Source of the DNA: Corallochytrium limacisporum Hawaii
Lineage: Eukaryota; Protista; Pluriformea
Reading direction: 5' to 3'
DNA length: 41,170 nt
NCBI GenBank assembly: GCA_002811645.1
Contig: PDIP01000016.1
Location: 207,572-248,741, forward strand
Part shown: piece by piece, positions 1-11,499 of the stretch
How the letters are laid out: every line of letters begins with the position of its first letter
Numbering within the stretch: the stretch's first letter is position 1
Notes under the pieces: model-generated
Told to the model about the DNA's origin: nothing
Databases searched by the model: none
The model's input: the letters and a program-made list of their open reading frames with translations, nothing else
Made by a program: the position numbers and the translations under genes

Positions 1-201
1 TTTGAACTCGGTTGGCGCGAATTTCTCCCTCCCTCCTTATTCCGGTTGATTAAATGTGATTTGGAGCAATATTTCGACGCAGAGGATAGTATTTGTCAAG
101 CCATCCGCGCTGACGAGTTCTTTTCAGGGCCACACTCCACATTGTCTATGACCATTCAGAACATCAGACAGAGTAGAGAGTGGCAAACACGTCAGTCATG
201 A
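1..201 (+). CDS. Probable 3' end of an unknown protein-coding gene entering from the left
   Basis: Frame 1 is open from base 1 for 66 codons (FELGWREFLPPSLFRLIKCDLEQYFDAEDSICQAIRADEFF...QTRQS). It ends in TGA (199-201) plus TAG, followed by AT-rich sequence. No recognisable motif. Confidence 0.45.
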   Translation, partial: FELGWREFLPPSLFRLIKCDLEQYFDAEDSICQAIRADEFFSGPHSTLSMTIQNIRQSREWQTRQS

Positions 202-398
202 TAGAAGAATATTATATGAGCATTAATGTCGTAGAAGTATACATACTTACCGAAGCTAGAAGGAAGTGCAACCTACCGTACTCAAACAAAGGGAGGCACC
301 CCCCACGGATGTGGATTTACCAGAGAGGATCTTGACTTGAACTATATATATTACTTTTTCGCATCTCAGTTCGGTACTGAATGTACTGGGGTTTTGGA

Positions 399-471
399 GA
401 CCTTGTGGCGCAATGGATAGCGCGTTAGACTTCGGATCTAAAGGTTGTGGGTTCGAGTCCCATCAAGGTCT
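399..471 (+). tRNA. tRNA-Arg, anticodon TCG, intronless
   Basis: Cloverleaf by eye: acceptor GACCTTG/CAAGGTC, D arm GCGC-AATGGATA-GCGC, anticodon arm TTAGA-CT TCG GA-TCTAA, T arm GTGGG-TTCGAGT-CCCAT. No encoded CCA. TATA-like run at ~343-352. Confidence 0.96.
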
Positions 472-491
472 TTGGTAGTGAACCCCTTCTG

Positions 492-514
492 TTTTTTTTT
501 TTTTCTTTTTTTTT
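492..514 (+). terminator. Oligo-T Pol III terminator of the tRNA
   Basis: T13-C-T9 run 20 nt downstream of the tRNA. Confidence 0.7.
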
Positions 515-566
515 CTTGGGTCCCTCTTTCTCGTATTTTGGTCCCTCTCTTATCTTTCTGGATTGG

Positions 567-731
567 GTGTGTTGTGTTGATTTGGGGGGGGGGGGGGAGG
601 CTGTTTTAAGGGNNNNNNNNNNNNNNNNNNNNNNNNNNNNNNNNNNNNNNNNNNNNNNNNNNNNNNNNNNNNNNNNNNNNNNNNNNNGTGTTGTGTTGAT
701 TTGGGGGGGGGGGGGGTTGACTGTTTAAAGT
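567..731. repeat. Near-duplicate GTGTTGTGTTGATTT-polyG-CTGTTT segments flanking an N gap
   Basis: The same ~40-nt sequence occurs either side of the 613-687 gap; probably one locus assembled twice. Confidence 0.6.
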
Positions 732-1415
732 GGAGGGTCGAGTGAATGGTTACAGGCTACGGGCAAACTTTGCTAAATTTAGCTCCTTCGGTATTAGGGT
801 TCCGTTCCTTTCTTCCCTTAATTGCGACTCCCAAGGATGGGCCCGACAGGCCTGCGGCGCCCTCCGCCTTCCGAAGCTCTAGCAAAAGGCGACAGTGTTG
901 TGCGTATGTGGACGTGTATCACCCATTATCTGCTGATGGGTGTGGGGCAGCAAAGACAACCAGACACGGACAAAAGTGAGAGCCGAGCACGGCGAAGATG
1001 AATGAAATGACCGGTGCGCAGTCAGTTACCGGTGCTCAAGCGGCTGTGCACACACGCATCCGTACACAGTGGCGAGCCTACACAAACTTAAGGTATGGAA
1101 CCAACAGGCAATTAGTCAGGAGATAGTCCGACGAATCTTTTTTTGGGCTCGGTGTAGATCCCTCCGGGAGGCACTAGCAGTCTGTAGAGCTGGCGGGTAG
1201 GGTGTTCTTCTGGACAGTTGCGAGTTGTATTCGTGTACCACAGGACGCGTTGGTCAATGGTACACCACTCACATTAGCTGATATTTGACCCTTCCATTGC
1301 AAAGGGTATAAATTTAGACACTAAATTCATTGATCCTAGTAGCAGAGGAGGCAGCACGCAGAAGTAGCGCAGAAGTGTGTAGTGATCTTCGCAGACAAAT
1401 CACACAAGAGTAACC

Positions 1416-2738
1416 ATGGCAAAACCGACCCTTTACTTCTACTATGACGTGGTCTGCCCTTTCGCGTATATGGGCTTCTTGAAGCTTGATGGCCTGATCC
1501 AGCGCACGGGAGCCGAAGTGATCTTCCGCCCTACACTGCTCGGTGGCCTCTACGACCGCACCAAAGCTCCGCAAGGCAAGGACGGCAGTGCCACGGATGG
1601 TCTTCCGGCGCAGAAGTTGGCGGTAGCCCGCAATGATTTGCGCTATCAGTTATCCCGCATTAACGCACCGCTGCATTGGCACCCACGGCACCCGGTTAAG
1701 TCCCTGAATGCAATGCGACTGCTCTGTGGAATTGATGACAAGCTTGTGCCGCAGATGACGCAAGCCCTTTACGAGGCGTACTGGGTGAAGTCCCTTGATG
1801 TTGACGATCCTATTGTGCTGCAACAGGTTGCCTCGACCGTGACTTCTAATATTGATGCCTCTGCGTTGATCACCGACCAGCGCAACAAGGACCGTTTGCG
1901 TGACAATACTGAGGAGGCTCTCCAGCGGGGTGCTTTTGGTGTGCCTGGGTTCTACGTTCCGGATCTGGACTACTTCTGCTTTGGCCAGGACCGTATGCAT
2001 TTTGTCGAGAGGGCCCTGGGCAACTCGAAGGCGGTCATGCCGCGTCGCATTACTGGCAGTGTAAAATCATCCGCGCCAGTGAAACTTACATTTTGGTATG
2101 ATTTTTCGAGTCCGTGGAGCTACCTTGGTTCAACGCAGTTTGAACGCATGGTCGACAACGTTCGGGCACAGGGTGCAAATGTTCAGGTCGAATATGTCCC
2201 GTTCTTGCTCGGAGCCCTGTTTCGGGCCATCGGCACGCCAATGATGCCTGCGATGGCCGTTTCCCAAGCCAAGCGCGAGTACATGGAACTCGATCTGCAG
2301 CGCTGGGCCCAATGGTGGGATGTGAACGTGAAGTGGAACACCCACTTCCCGATCCGCAGTGTGTTCATGCTACGCATGTTGTGCATGGAGCCGGAGGACC
2401 ATGTGGCTCTGCGGTTGCACCTGTACAAGGCCTGCTGGGACCTGGACCTGGACATGAGCAAAGAGGAGGTGGTCATGGACTGGCTCGAGAAGGGGGGCTT
2501 TGACAGCCGCAAGCTGAAGGCCCTGGCAGAGTCCCAGGAGGCGAAGGATAAGCTTAAGTACAACACTGAAAGAGCCATCAACGGTGGCGTGTGTGGCGTA
2601 CCAAGCTACCAAGTCAACGATGGTGACGTGATTTGGGGCCAGGATCGTATGGATGTAGTGCAGGACCTCATCTGCGGCTGGCAGGCTAACATTAAGCAAT
2701 ACGATGAGCCGGCACCGACGAAGCGAGCTTCTCTGTGA
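1416..2738 (+). CDS. Tandem two-domain GST-kappa / 2-hydroxychromene-2-carboxylate isomerase (DsbA-like) protein, possibly peroxisomal
   Basis: Domain 1: FYYDVVCPFAY ... GAFGVPGF ... FGQDRM. Domain 2: FWYDFSSPWSY ... GVCGVPSY ... WGQDRM. Start context taaccATGG. C-terminus KRASL. Confidence 0.9.
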   Translation: MAKPTLYFYYDVVCPFAYMGFLKLDGLIQRTGAEVIFRPTLLGGLYDRTKAPQGKDGSATDGLPAQKLAVARNDLRYQLSRINAPLHWHPRHPVKSLNAMRLLCGIDDKLVPQMTQALYEAYWVKSLDVDDPIVLQQVASTVTSNIDASALITDQRNKDRLRDNTEEALQRGAFGVPGFYVPDLDYFCFGQDRMHFVERALGNSKAVMPRRITGSVKSSAPVKLTFWYDFSSPWSYLGSTQFERMVDNVRAQGANVQVEYVPFLLGALFRAIGTPMMPAMAVSQAKREYMELDLQRWAQWWDVNVKWNTHFPIRSVFMLRMLCMEPEDHVALRLHLYKACWDLDLDMSKEEVVMDWLEKGGFDSRKLKALAESQEAKDKLKYNTERAINGGVCGVPSYQVNDGDVIWGQDRMDVVQDLICGWQANIKQYDEPAPTKRASL

Positions 2739-2917
2739 ACAATCTCCATATGATTGTCTTCACCGTAACTAATCATCAACTGCGCTACAAGATAAAACCT
2801 TATGTCGAATCTAATATCTATTTTCAGTATTCGAGAAAAGTCAATTATATGAGGTGCATGTTCAATGGCTTTTCCCAGTCACTACGACTTCATTTTTGAA
2901 ACTGTCACGGAAGCCTA

Positions 2918-5251
2918 TCATTCAAAGAGCTTCGAGACCTCATCCGACAGAGTCTCAATGTAGTTGTGGAAATCCTCGTTGCGCAGTCGCGCTGAGCGGT
3001 TGTCAAAACCGAGAGGCTCGACCCGCAGATCCTCTACATCCTCATTCACCCGCAGGAAGATTTCGGCGAATTCCTTCGCATGCCTGGGCTCTGCCGCAGG
3101 GTTAACGCTGTATACGACAGTGATAAAATCTGTACGCTTGTTACGGCAACAGAGTACGAAGGGTGACAGTGGTGTCTGACTGTCATTTGGGTCACCGATG
3201 CTGTCCTGATCCTTGCTAGACGAATGTCGCGTCCGGTTGTCACTGGAAGAACGGTTCTGGCGCTGACTTAGCTGGTCCTGCAGGAATGTTGCAAGAATTG
3301 TAAGCACACCGGGCTGGCTAAAGAGCTCAGGTTTGACATTCTCCTCCAGCAGGGTGTACCAAAGGAAACCCATCTGATTGATGCGACGGTTGCGCATGAT
3401 GCCATTGAAACGGTCAACTATTAATTCCCGCAGGCCAATTGCTTCGTCCAAAATGGCACGGAAATAGATCAAATTGAACGACCTCGGATTCACGTCGAGA
3501 AGATCGAGCGCGGTGTGAAAATTGGCCTCAGCCTGCGAGTGGCCGGTGAAACTGAAACCGTTGGTGGTGCTGCCCTTGTAGGTCACCACACCATCAGTCA
3601 ATTGAGCACTTTCTGTGCCATCGACGGTATCGCTTGGCCGTTCTGCTCCAGTACTCTTTCCCGGACGGTTCAATGTCGTGGCGATAGCGTGCACCATGTC
3701 GGCTGCATCAATCTGCATATTGCTGCCAATTTGTAGATTGAAACAACGGTAGTAGAGACTCTTGATGCCCAGCTCATCACAAGCAGCTGCAAAGGAGCCG
3801 TCAAGTTCGTGTCCGGATCGGCTGTAATAGCGATGACGCCTCCGAGACTTGCGTGGATCTGCGAGCAGGAACTTCTGATACATGTTGCCCATGGCACTAA
3901 AGTGTTGTTTGGCCTGCTTCAGTGGCAGGCCCAGACGGGCCAACATGTTCTCCAGCACTTCCCTACCCTTGTCGCTGTATAGACGCAACAATTTCATTGT
4001 CTGCTGGCTGTGACACAAGGAACTGTAAATGTTCCAGTGTTTCACCATAAAGAGTTTTAGACTGTGCACGTCGGTAAGGTATAGACTATGGCCGTCCGCA
4101 ATCTGCGGCTGGCTACTTTCGGCAGTTGGCCCGCGTTCGATCGCGGACCCGAGCTCTGAGGGCAGTGCACTGAGTTCGCTCTCCGCGTCCGAGTCCGTGC
4201 CACGAGCTCTCCGATCACCTCCGCGTAGGACGGCGGCAGCCTCACCCTCCCAGTAACCCCGGACTCTCCGTGTCTCACTATTTGGATCCGCTCCGGAGGA
4301 TCGATACGTGCTCATTGCCGGTGTCAAAGTTCGTGCCTCGGTCTTGTACTCTGCGTAGAATGATTTATATCGCTGCGGACTGAGTGATCCGTCAAGGAAG
4401 GCCTCGGTAACGGAAACGCAGGCGTTCCACAGTGCCGCAATACTAGCCTGGTTGATGGCTAAACAAAGCGTTAAAAAGTGTGTTGTCACCGGCACAGAAG
4501 GGAAAGGTGTGCGGTAGTAAGCGTCAACGATCATACGAGCCCGTCGTTGTTCTTCGCGACGCTCATAAAAACGCTGGCCCGGCCGGTACTGGCCGGTGCC
4601 GTCCAAACGTTGCCGAACTCTCCGTCCGTCCGAGTCGACTCCGTCACCAGAGCCACCTTCGCCATCAAAATCATGGTTCTCCAGCGGATTATCAAGAAGA
4701 TCATCATCCTCGTCTTCTCCGTCCCCGTCCCGATCGTGGAGTTCAAATTCTCTCTGCGTGGGTAGACCTTCGATAGGGAAGTCATCCTCGGTAAAGACCT
4801 TAACCAGAGGGTGGTAAATGTTGTTGAGATTATGGGGACGGTGACGGTCAGCGATGTAGAAGACGATCTCGCCGTTGGCCATGCGTTCGTACAGCCTTTC
4901 ACGGGCCTCTAACTCTTCCTCTGTGATCTGTCCCGGATCTTCCTGACCAGCGTAGGCAGCCAGCTCCTTCACGATGGGAATCCCTCCACCGACGTTGATT
5001 AGGAATACCACAGAGTATTCGCCGTTACCCAACAGTTCTACGAGACCGTCAAAGAAATGCTGTCCTGTGGACACCGGTCGAAGCATGTATTGAACATCCC
5101 TGGTCTTCAGCAATGAAGTCAGCGTTCGAGTGGCACAAACCGAGTCAACGTCTACGGCACTGAGGATCAGGATGGTGGGCGAGGGGTTGAGAGCCTTGCG
5201 CCGGATGTGTTCCAGTTCCTCCCGGAAGTTTTCTTTCCGTAACAGCACCAT
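2918..5251 (-). CDS. CDC45: DNA replication initiation factor CDC45 (CMG helicase subunit)
   Basis: ILILSAVDVDSVCA, FLINVGG, FYIADRHRPHNLNNIY, acidic loop, HWNIYSSLCHS, MLARLGLPLKQAKQHFSAM, IDAADMVHA. Start context aaaccATGG. Confidence 0.92.
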   Translation of the reverse strand: MVLLRKENFREELEHIRRKALNPSPTILILSAVDVDSVCATRTLTSLLKTRDVQYMLRPVSTGQHFFDGLVELLGNGEYSVVFLINVGGGIPIVKELAAYAGQEDPGQITEEELEARERLYERMANGEIVFYIADRHRPHNLNNIYHPLVKVFTEDDFPIEGLPTQREFELHDRDGDGEDEDDDLLDNPLENHDFDGEGGSGDGVDSDGRRVRQRLDGTGQYRPGQRFYERREEQRRARMIVDAYYRTPFPSVPVTTHFLTLCLAINQASIAALWNACVSVTEAFLDGSLSPQRYKSFYAEYKTEARTLTPAMSTYRSSGADPNSETRRVRGYWEGEAAAVLRGGDRRARGTDSDAESELSALPSELGSAIERGPTAESSQPQIADGHSLYLTDVHSLKLFMVKHWNIYSSLCHSQQTMKLLRLYSDKGREVLENMLARLGLPLKQAKQHFSAMGNMYQKFLLADPRKSRRRHRYYSRSGHELDGSFAAACDELGIKSLYYRCFNLQIGSNMQIDAADMVHAIATTLNRPGKSTGAERPSDTVDGTESAQLTDGVVTYKGSTTNGFSFTGHSQAEANFHTALDLLDVNPRSFNLIYFRAILDEAIGLRELIVDRFNGIMRNRRINQMGFLWYTLLEENVKPELFSQPGVLTILATFLQDQLSQRQNRSSSDNRTRHSSSKDQDSIGDPNDSQTPLSPFVLCCRNKRTDFITVVYSVNPAAEPRHAKEFAEIFLRVNEDVEDLRVEPLGFDNRSARLRNEDFHNYIETLSDEVSKLFE

Positions 5252-5921
5252 GGTTTGCGATCAATCAAAGCTAATTTAATGCCACTGTCAATCGTCTCAC
5301 TATTTAATCGAAAGCTACTTGTTCGGTACTTCTATTCGACGTGCATGCTGAGCTAAGTTGGGTTCTCTGCCGCACAACTCACAAACCCTGATGGGTGGCG
5401 CTGATCGTTGTATGTTAAGCAAGAATTCAAGGCTACATGCCTTCAAACATGTTCACTTACATAGCTTTACCACCACAGAATACGACGAATGCAAAAGTAC
5501 TGAGTTGTGCAAACGACACCCCCCTTTGCCAGCGGTTCTCCTGGCCCTTGGTGAGATCACCCGCGACAACCCATCCCCCGTCCCCCTCGCCCAGCCTGCC
5601 CACCGCGGACAGCGAAAAGGCCAGAATGGCTGGTGGCGAAGTTCTCCTTCGCTCGAGATCCCCCCTCTCTCGCCGCGTTCTTTCTCCTAAGTTTTCTTTT
5701 TCAGCTCTCTCTTCTCGCGCCCTTTGGAATTGCAGTTCATTAACTACGGAGATCGCCTTCATTTCGTGCTCACCACTGGTCGTCACGGACAGCTCCGGTG
5801 CCTCCGCCTCTAACCGAGGCACAGAGCCTTCTCCGCCCGTCCTCCTGGGAGGGGGGGGTGGGGAGGGGGAGAGGAAGGTTTCCTTAATAAATTTAGGCCC
5901 CTGTTTCCCTCGCTTTGAATT

Positions 5922-5929
5922 TTTCGCGC
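5922..5929. promoter_or_regulatory. E2F/SCB-type site TTTCGCGC upstream of CDC45
   Basis: Exact TTTSSCGC match about 670 bp upstream of the CDC45 ATG. CDC45 is a G1/S-regulated gene in animals and yeast. Confidence 0.35.
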
Positions 5930-6210
5930 CCGGGCCCTACCCTCGTTACGGCCGCACCGTTGGCGGGGCGGGTGGTCCGCAATTGGTGCCTGATGCTTTA
6001 TGTTTGAACTAAGAGAGTAGTTACGGTGTTTTGCCTATTGTAATTTCTTTCTTTTTGTTTTTTGGGATGCTTCTAAACAAGTTACTTTTGCGGATATGTA
6101 CGGTTGTGCAGTTGTGCATACACAGTGCTGTTCCAGAATTGAGAGGTTTGTGCTTATACTTTGGCCGGGGGTTTCCCGAAGGGCTAATCTACACATAAGG
6201 ATTGGGTTGA

Positions 6211-9200
6211 TCATTCTTGCATGGCTGCAGCCTGAGAATCGACCCACTTCTTTGCATTGCAGAACATCTTGATCCAAGGCCCGTAGTCGCCCCAAGTCGT
6301 GTCCCGCCATGAACAGGTAACGGTGCGCACAACGCGCTCCGGATGGGGCATGAGCACGGTCACTCGCCCGTCAGCACTGCACAAACCTGTGATGCCTTGC
6401 GGACTGCCGTTGGGGTTGTATGGGTACCTCTCCGTCGGTTGTCCCGCATTGTCCACATAGCGCACGCAGACCAGCTGTTCGTCAATCACCTGCTGCGCAG
6501 CTTCTGCGCCGGCGGCGAACTCTGCGCGACCTTCGCCGTGGGCAGAGGCCACTGGGATCTGGCAGCCTGCCATGTCCTTGAAGAACAACGACGGTGACTC
6601 CAAAATCTCGACCATAGCATAACGTGCCTCGAACTGTTCACTCTTGTTATTGACGTAGTGAGGTAGATGGCCTGCGTTAGGAATCAGGGACTTCAAGTTG
6701 CTCAACATCTGACAGCCGTTGCATACACCAAGGGAGAAAGTGTCCTTGCGTTCGAAGTAGGTCTTGAAGACTGACACGACCTCCGGGTGGTGCAAGATGC
6801 TCTTAGCCCAACCTTCACCAGCACCTAGTGTGTCACCGTAGCTGAACCCGCCGCAGGCAACAAGACCCTTGAAGCGGTCCAGATTCTGCAGTTTACCCCC
6901 GATGATGTCGCTCATGTGAACGTCCACGGGGCGGAAACCGGCCGCGGCAAAGGCGTAAGCCATTTCGTTGTGACCATTAACGCCCTGTTCGCGCAGAATA
7001 GCAACCTCAGGCCTGTTGAGAGCAAGCAGAGTCGTCTCGGATAGTAGCTCGGCGGCGCTCACAACGGGTTCCTCTGAGGGTTTGAAGGTAAGTTTAGCAC
7101 TCAGACCTGGGTCACTGTCACCGTCGCGGATGGCCTGCATCTCCTCCTCGACGCAGTGTGCGTTGTCACGCAAGACCGCCACGTTGTAGCTAGTCTCGTG
7201 CCACAGAGCGTGCAATTTCGCTCGGCTTTCAGAGTACATCAGTTGACCACGGCTGGTAACGGAGATCTTCGACGCACCAGCGGTGACGACTTTTGCAACT
7301 TCACAATGCACCACATTGTGTTCGGCCAGAATGTCATTGACCCCGCTTCGGCTTTCGCCGTTACGGACCTGAATGACCATGCCCAACTCTTCATTGAAGA
7401 GCAAGGATATTGGATCAACCGACGCTGCCTGTTCGCCGTCGCGGCCTGCAGTCTCCTGATAGGCGTCCAGATCAATATCCAAGCCGACGTGACCAGCAAA
7501 CGCCATCTCACAAAGAGCAGCCCACAGACCACCGTCCGACCGATCGTGGTAGGCCAGGACGAGATTTTGGCGGCGCAACTCACGCAATGCCAAGACAGCC
7601 TTTCGTAGACGGGCTGCATCGTCGAGGTCCGGACAGATAGCGCCCAAGGTGTTCGCACACTGAGCGTAGATGGAGCCAGCCATGCGGCAGCGGCCGCTGC
7701 TAATGTCCAACAGCAGCAGTGTCGAGTCCTCCACGGCTTGCAGCTGTGGAGTGAGAGTAAGGTGGGTGTCGACCACACGTGCAAAGGCAGAGATCACAAC
7801 ACTCATTGGCGACGCAACGCACTGGTCCTGGCCGGTAGCATCATCTTGCCATTTGGTCCGCATGCTCATGGAATCTTTACCGACAGGGATGGCGATGCCA
7901 AGCTTCGGGCACAGGTCCATGCCAATGGCCTCGACGGCATCATAAAGATTGGCGTCCTCGCCTGGGTAGCCAGCAGCCACCATCCAATTCGCCGACAGGA
8001 CAACATCGCTGGTGTCCTCCAAATCAGCTGCAGCAATATTGGTGATGGCCTCTCCGACGGCCATACGCGCACTGGCGGCGGCATTGCAAAGGGCCAGAGG
8101 CGGTCGCTCACCCATGGCCATTGCTTCACCGGGTACTGGGGTCAGGCCGAGAGCGTTTAGGGTGCCATCGCTGTTGCCGTTCGCGGTGTTGGTGGTTCCG
8201 TTGTTGTCAGCCGCCAGATGGTAAGTCGACGTGGAGACGGCAACGTCGGCGACAGGCACTTGCCAAGGTCCCACCATTTGATCGCGGGCCACCAGACCGG
8301 TCACGGAACGGTCACCAATGGTGATCAGGAAGGACTTGGAGGCCACAGTCGGGTGCTGCAAAATGTATTCGCAGGCGTCCTTGATGCTGAGGCTCTGCTG
8401 GCCATCAATCACTGCCGGCACCTCTCCGTCCGCAGAGGGCAACAGAACTTCGCCTAAGGGCCGCTCACAATGCTGCGCGGTGCGGTGCATGCGAGGCGGC
8501 TTGCCAAACAATGTGGACATAGGCAGATCGACTGTCTTGTTGTCAAAGTGCGAATCGTTCACAGAAAAAATGTCCTCGGCTGACACCTCACCGACCACAG
8601 CGTACAAGCACCGCTCGCGGGCGCATAGAGTCTCAAAGGTGTCGATCTTGTCACGCTTTACTGCGAGCACAAAACGTTCTTGGCTTTCGTTGCACCAAAT
8701 TGCCAGCGGGGACATTCCTGGTTCACTGTTCGGTACCTTGCGTAGTTCGACCTTGGCGCCCATGTCCGCGTCGTGAACAATCTCAGGTAGCGCGTTGCTG
8801 AGACCACCGGCTCCGACGTCGTGAATGGAAGCAATCGGTGTCTCCTTGCCCAGAGCGTTGCATCCATCAATAACTTCCTGGCAACGTCGTTCCATTTCGG
8901 CATTATCCCTCTGAACGGAAGCGAAATCAAGGTCCTCGGATGCCTGACCACTTGCCACCGACGAGGCGGCACCACCCCCGAGACCAATGAGCATGGCCGG
9001 TCCACCGAGCACAACAAGGAAGTAGCCTTCTTCTAGGGGCTGTTTTTGTACGTGCTCTCGGAACATGTTGCCCATGCCACCAGCAATCATGATGGGCTTG
9101 TGATAGCCACGCCATTCGTACACAGTTCCGTTCTTCTTTTCGTCCTCTTGTACGGCGGGTACATACTGCAGAAAATCACGGAAGTAACCAAGCAGACAAG

Positions 9201-10416
9201 GCCGGCCGTACTCGTTGTTGTAGCGGGCGCCGCCGATAGGGGCCTCAATCATGATGTCCAGCGCACTGGCAATGCGGTTCGGTTTACCTGGATGGTTCAG
9301 GTGCTTATTTTCCTCGTTGGCGTAGAATTTCTCCCAGGGCATCGGTTTACCCGGGATCTGCAGGTGACTAACGCTGAAGCCGGTCAGACCAACCTTGGGT
9401 TTCGAGCCCTGGCCGGTGGCCGCCTCATCGCGGATCTCACCGCCGCTGCCGGTGGCGGCACCGGGAAACGGGGAGATCGCCGTGGGATGGTTGTGCGTTT
9501 CCACTTTCATAAGCAAGGCGAGTTCTTTTTGCGCATCGAAGTGATATTCTTGCGTTTCAGGGTTGCGATACCAGGCACCGTTTTGATTGATTTCGTACAC
9601 CGCAGAATTATCGCTATATGCGCTCAATACACGGCCCGGGTTTTGCTTGTGAGTGTTGCGAATCATTTGAAAGAGACTGTGCTCACGGTCCTTGCCGTCG
9701 AGTGTCCAGCTGGCGTTGAAGATCTTGTGTCTGCAGTGTTCACTGTTGACTTGCGCAAACATCATGAGTTCGGCATCTGTCGGACTACGCTTGAGGGTCT
9801 TTGTGTAGGCCTCGTACAGGTACTCAACCTCATCGGGGCTCAGAGCCAGTCCCATTTCGTTGTTATATTTCTTCAGTGCCTCCAAACCATTCTCCATGAT
9901 ATCTACTGAGCTCAGCGGCGATGGCTTCTGGTGCTGGAACAGATTATGGAGATCGTCGGTGCTGCCGTAGACAGTCTGTGTCATACGGTCATGCAGTTCA
10001 GCGTGAACCTTACTTAGCACTGCTGCGTCCCCGGGACTTTCACCGTTCTTAAATGTGATCATATATTCAAGAGCACGCTCGACGCGATCCACGCTTTCAC
10101 CCAGGCCGACGACGGACAGAATGTCAGTGGCTTTGCTACTCCACGGCGAGATTGTACCCACGCGTGGTCCGACCAGGACCTTCACCGGCGATGCTCCATC
10201 CTTGCCATCGACGGGTCCCTTGTAGGCAGCACCGTAGGTTAGGCAAGCCTCCAGCGTGGCACGCTCACTATCCTGTAGCTCCCGTTTCAGATCCACAATA
10301 TGCACCCACCGTCCGTAAATGCTGCTCACACCCAGAGCAGAGAGCTTGAGGATCAACTTCTCTTTAGCAAAGTCACTCAGAGCCCACGGGCCCTCGTGCA
10401 CGTAGAAATTCTCCAT
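6211..10416 (-). CDS. PFAS: Phosphoribosylformylglycinamidine synthase (large single-chain PurL / Ade6)
   Basis: [65 protein letters not shown], glutaminase LGVCNGCQ and MPHPER. 1401 aa. Confidence 0.98.
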   Translation of the reverse strand: MENFYVHEGPWALSDFAKEKLILKLSALGVSSIYGRWVHIVDLKRELQDSERATLEACLTYGAAYKGPVDGKDGASPVKVLVGPRVGTISPWSSKATDILSVVGLGESVDRVERALEYMITFKNGESPGDAAVLSKVHAELHDRMTQTVYGSTDDLHNLFQHQKPSPLSSVDIMENGLEALKKYNNEMGLALSPDEVEYLYEAYTKTLKRSPTDAELMMFAQVNSEHCRHKIFNASWTLDGKDREHSLFQMIRNTHKQNPGRVLSAYSDNSAVYEINQNGAWYRNPETQEYHFDAQKELALLMKVETHNHPTAISPFPGAATGSGGEIRDEAATGQGSKPKVGLTGFSVSHLQIPGKPMPWEKFYANEENKHLNHPGKPNRIASALDIMIEAPIGGARYNNEYGRPCLLGYFRDFLQYVPAVQEDEKKNGTVYEWRGYHKPIMIAGGMGNMFREHVQKQPLEEGYFLVVLGGPAMLIGLGGGAASSVASGQASEDLDFASVQRDNAEMERRCQEVIDGCNALGKETPIASIHDVGAGGLSNALPEIVHDADMGAKVELRKVPNSEPGMSPLAIWCNESQERFVLAVKRDKIDTFETLCARERCLYAVVGEVSAEDIFSVNDSHFDNKTVDLPMSTLFGKPPRMHRTAQHCERPLGEVLLPSADGEVPAVIDGQQSLSIKDACEYILQHPTVASKSFLITIGDRSVTGLVARDQMVGPWQVPVADVAVSTSTYHLAADNNGTTNTANGNSDGTLNALGLTPVPGEAMAMGERPPLALCNAAASARMAVGEAITNIAAADLEDTSDVVLSANWMVAAGYPGEDANLYDAVEAIGMDLCPKLGIAIPVGKDSMSMRTKWQDDATGQDQCVASPMSVVISAFARVVDTHLTLTPQLQAVEDSTLLLLDISSGRCRMAGSIYAQCANTLGAICPDLDDAARLRKAVLALRELRRQNLVLAYHDRSDGGLWAALCEMAFAGHVGLDIDLDAYQETAGRDGEQAASVDPISLLFNEELGMVIQVRNGESRSGVNDILAEHNVVHCEVAKVVTAGASKISVTSRGQLMYSESRAKLHALWHETSYNVAVLRDNAHCVEEEMQAIRDGDSDPGLSAKLTFKPSEEPVVSAAELLSETTLLALNRPEVAILREQGVNGHNEMAYAFAAAGFRPVDVHMSDIIGGKLQNLDRFKGLVACGGFSYGDTLGAGEGWAKSILHHPEVVSVFKTYFERKDTFSLGVCNGCQMLSNLKSLIPNAGHLPHYVNNKSEQFEARYAMVEILESPSLFFKDMAGCQIPVASAHGEGRAEFAAGAEAAQQVIDEQLVCVRYVDNAGQPTERYPYNPNGSPQGITGLCSADGRVTVLMPHPERVVRTVTCSWRDTTWGDYGPWIKMFCNAKKWVDSQAAAMQE

Positions 10417-10491
10417 GGTTTCGTTGGTTTTCTTTTGAATGGAATGGAAAAAAATATGTTGAAAGGGGCAATAGTGGGATCCCGATACCCC

Positions 10492-10506
10492 TCGGAGTCA
10501 CTCCGA
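10492..10506. promoter_or_regulatory. Palindrome TCGGAG-TCA-CTCCGA containing TGACTC, 76 bp upstream of the PFAS ATG
   Basis: Perfect 6-bp inverted repeat with 3-nt spacer. GAGTCA at 10495-10500 reads TGACTC on the PFAS strand. Confidence 0.4.
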
Positions 10507-11499
10507 TGGCTAACCGAGCCAATTGTGCCTGTGATGCGGCCCTTACTAGGCGTGCTGATCTACCTTCTCAAAACAGCAATAACAGTTCGTCCACTCGCGC
10601 TATGACGACAATTACACGGGTCTCTGTCCGGAAACCCTGCAATTCAGCCCTCGGATTGGTGGCCACCTTGTACGCATGCCATCGTTGAGCGAGGTAATGG
10701 TACTCTAACTGTGCTCTGTGTTCAGCACCGACCCGAGTGTTCACTGTCCGCGCACGCTTTCGCCACGAGAACCCGCCCTCCCTCAGGCACAACTGCCCGC
10801 ACAGGGCCATGGGGCCGAAACTGGCTTTTCGCGAGAGACGGGGCCGAAACAAGCGACAGCTCGCGGAGTATGGTGGACCACCTCAGGGCCCAAGAAGGGG
10901 GGGGGGGGCCAACTCCCCGCCAAACCGGCCCCGTGTGCACCGTTCCCAACCGTAACGCGTTGCCAAAGATTCACAAAAATAATGAATCATTGAATATCGT
11001 CGGCAGTGTGCGAAAACGCAGCTGTGGATCAATAATGCGTGAAGGGGGCAGGGGGGTGGGGGGCGGGGACTGAGCTGGCGACGGACGGTATTGTGTGCGG
11101 TTGGACATACACAATAGACTTCGCCAAGGATATCTAGGATGCCGATGGGCATGTTCATGATGACCTCAGACACAGACTGGGCAGTGTCTTGGCCGTGATT
11201 CGTGCGCTGCTTCTGACGATATCTTCGTCCTTAGAGTAAGGCTGAGTGTTCATCCGGACATGCTTCACACACGAGGTGCCCTCCCTGTATTGGGGACAAT
11301 GGAAACAGGCCAGATTTCACGAGTCCAATTCACTTCCCGGAGGGGGGGGGTAAAGTTTCGAAATGGGAAATAGGCCCCCTATCGTCCACCACCCCTGCCA
11401 GGCGATTGTTGCGGCCGACGGGGCTGGCTTGGGAAGGGTCGCGGGGAGGGGGGTTGGAATGTCGGTGGTGCGCTCTATTGTAGCCCCCCCTCCCCTCTC

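Noticed and set aside
13-22. E2F-like TGGCGCGAA
   Set aside because: Lies within the probable coding frame 1-201.
243-251. ATACTTACC resembling the U1 snRNA 5' end
   Set aside because: Not followed by TG, stem I, the U1-70K loop or an Sm site. At most a chance splice-donor-like sequence on the minus strand.
447-728. 93-aa ORF
   Set aside because: Overlaps the tRNA, the T tract and an N gap.
5437-6012. 191-aa ORF between CDC45 and PFAS
   Set aside because: Low-complexity translation of the C/G-tract promoter region; no family signal.
9046-9909. 287-aa antisense ORF in PFAS, and similar ORFs at 30666-31559 and 33704-34678 in GCN1
   Set aside because: Shadow frames of well-conserved genes; no motifs.
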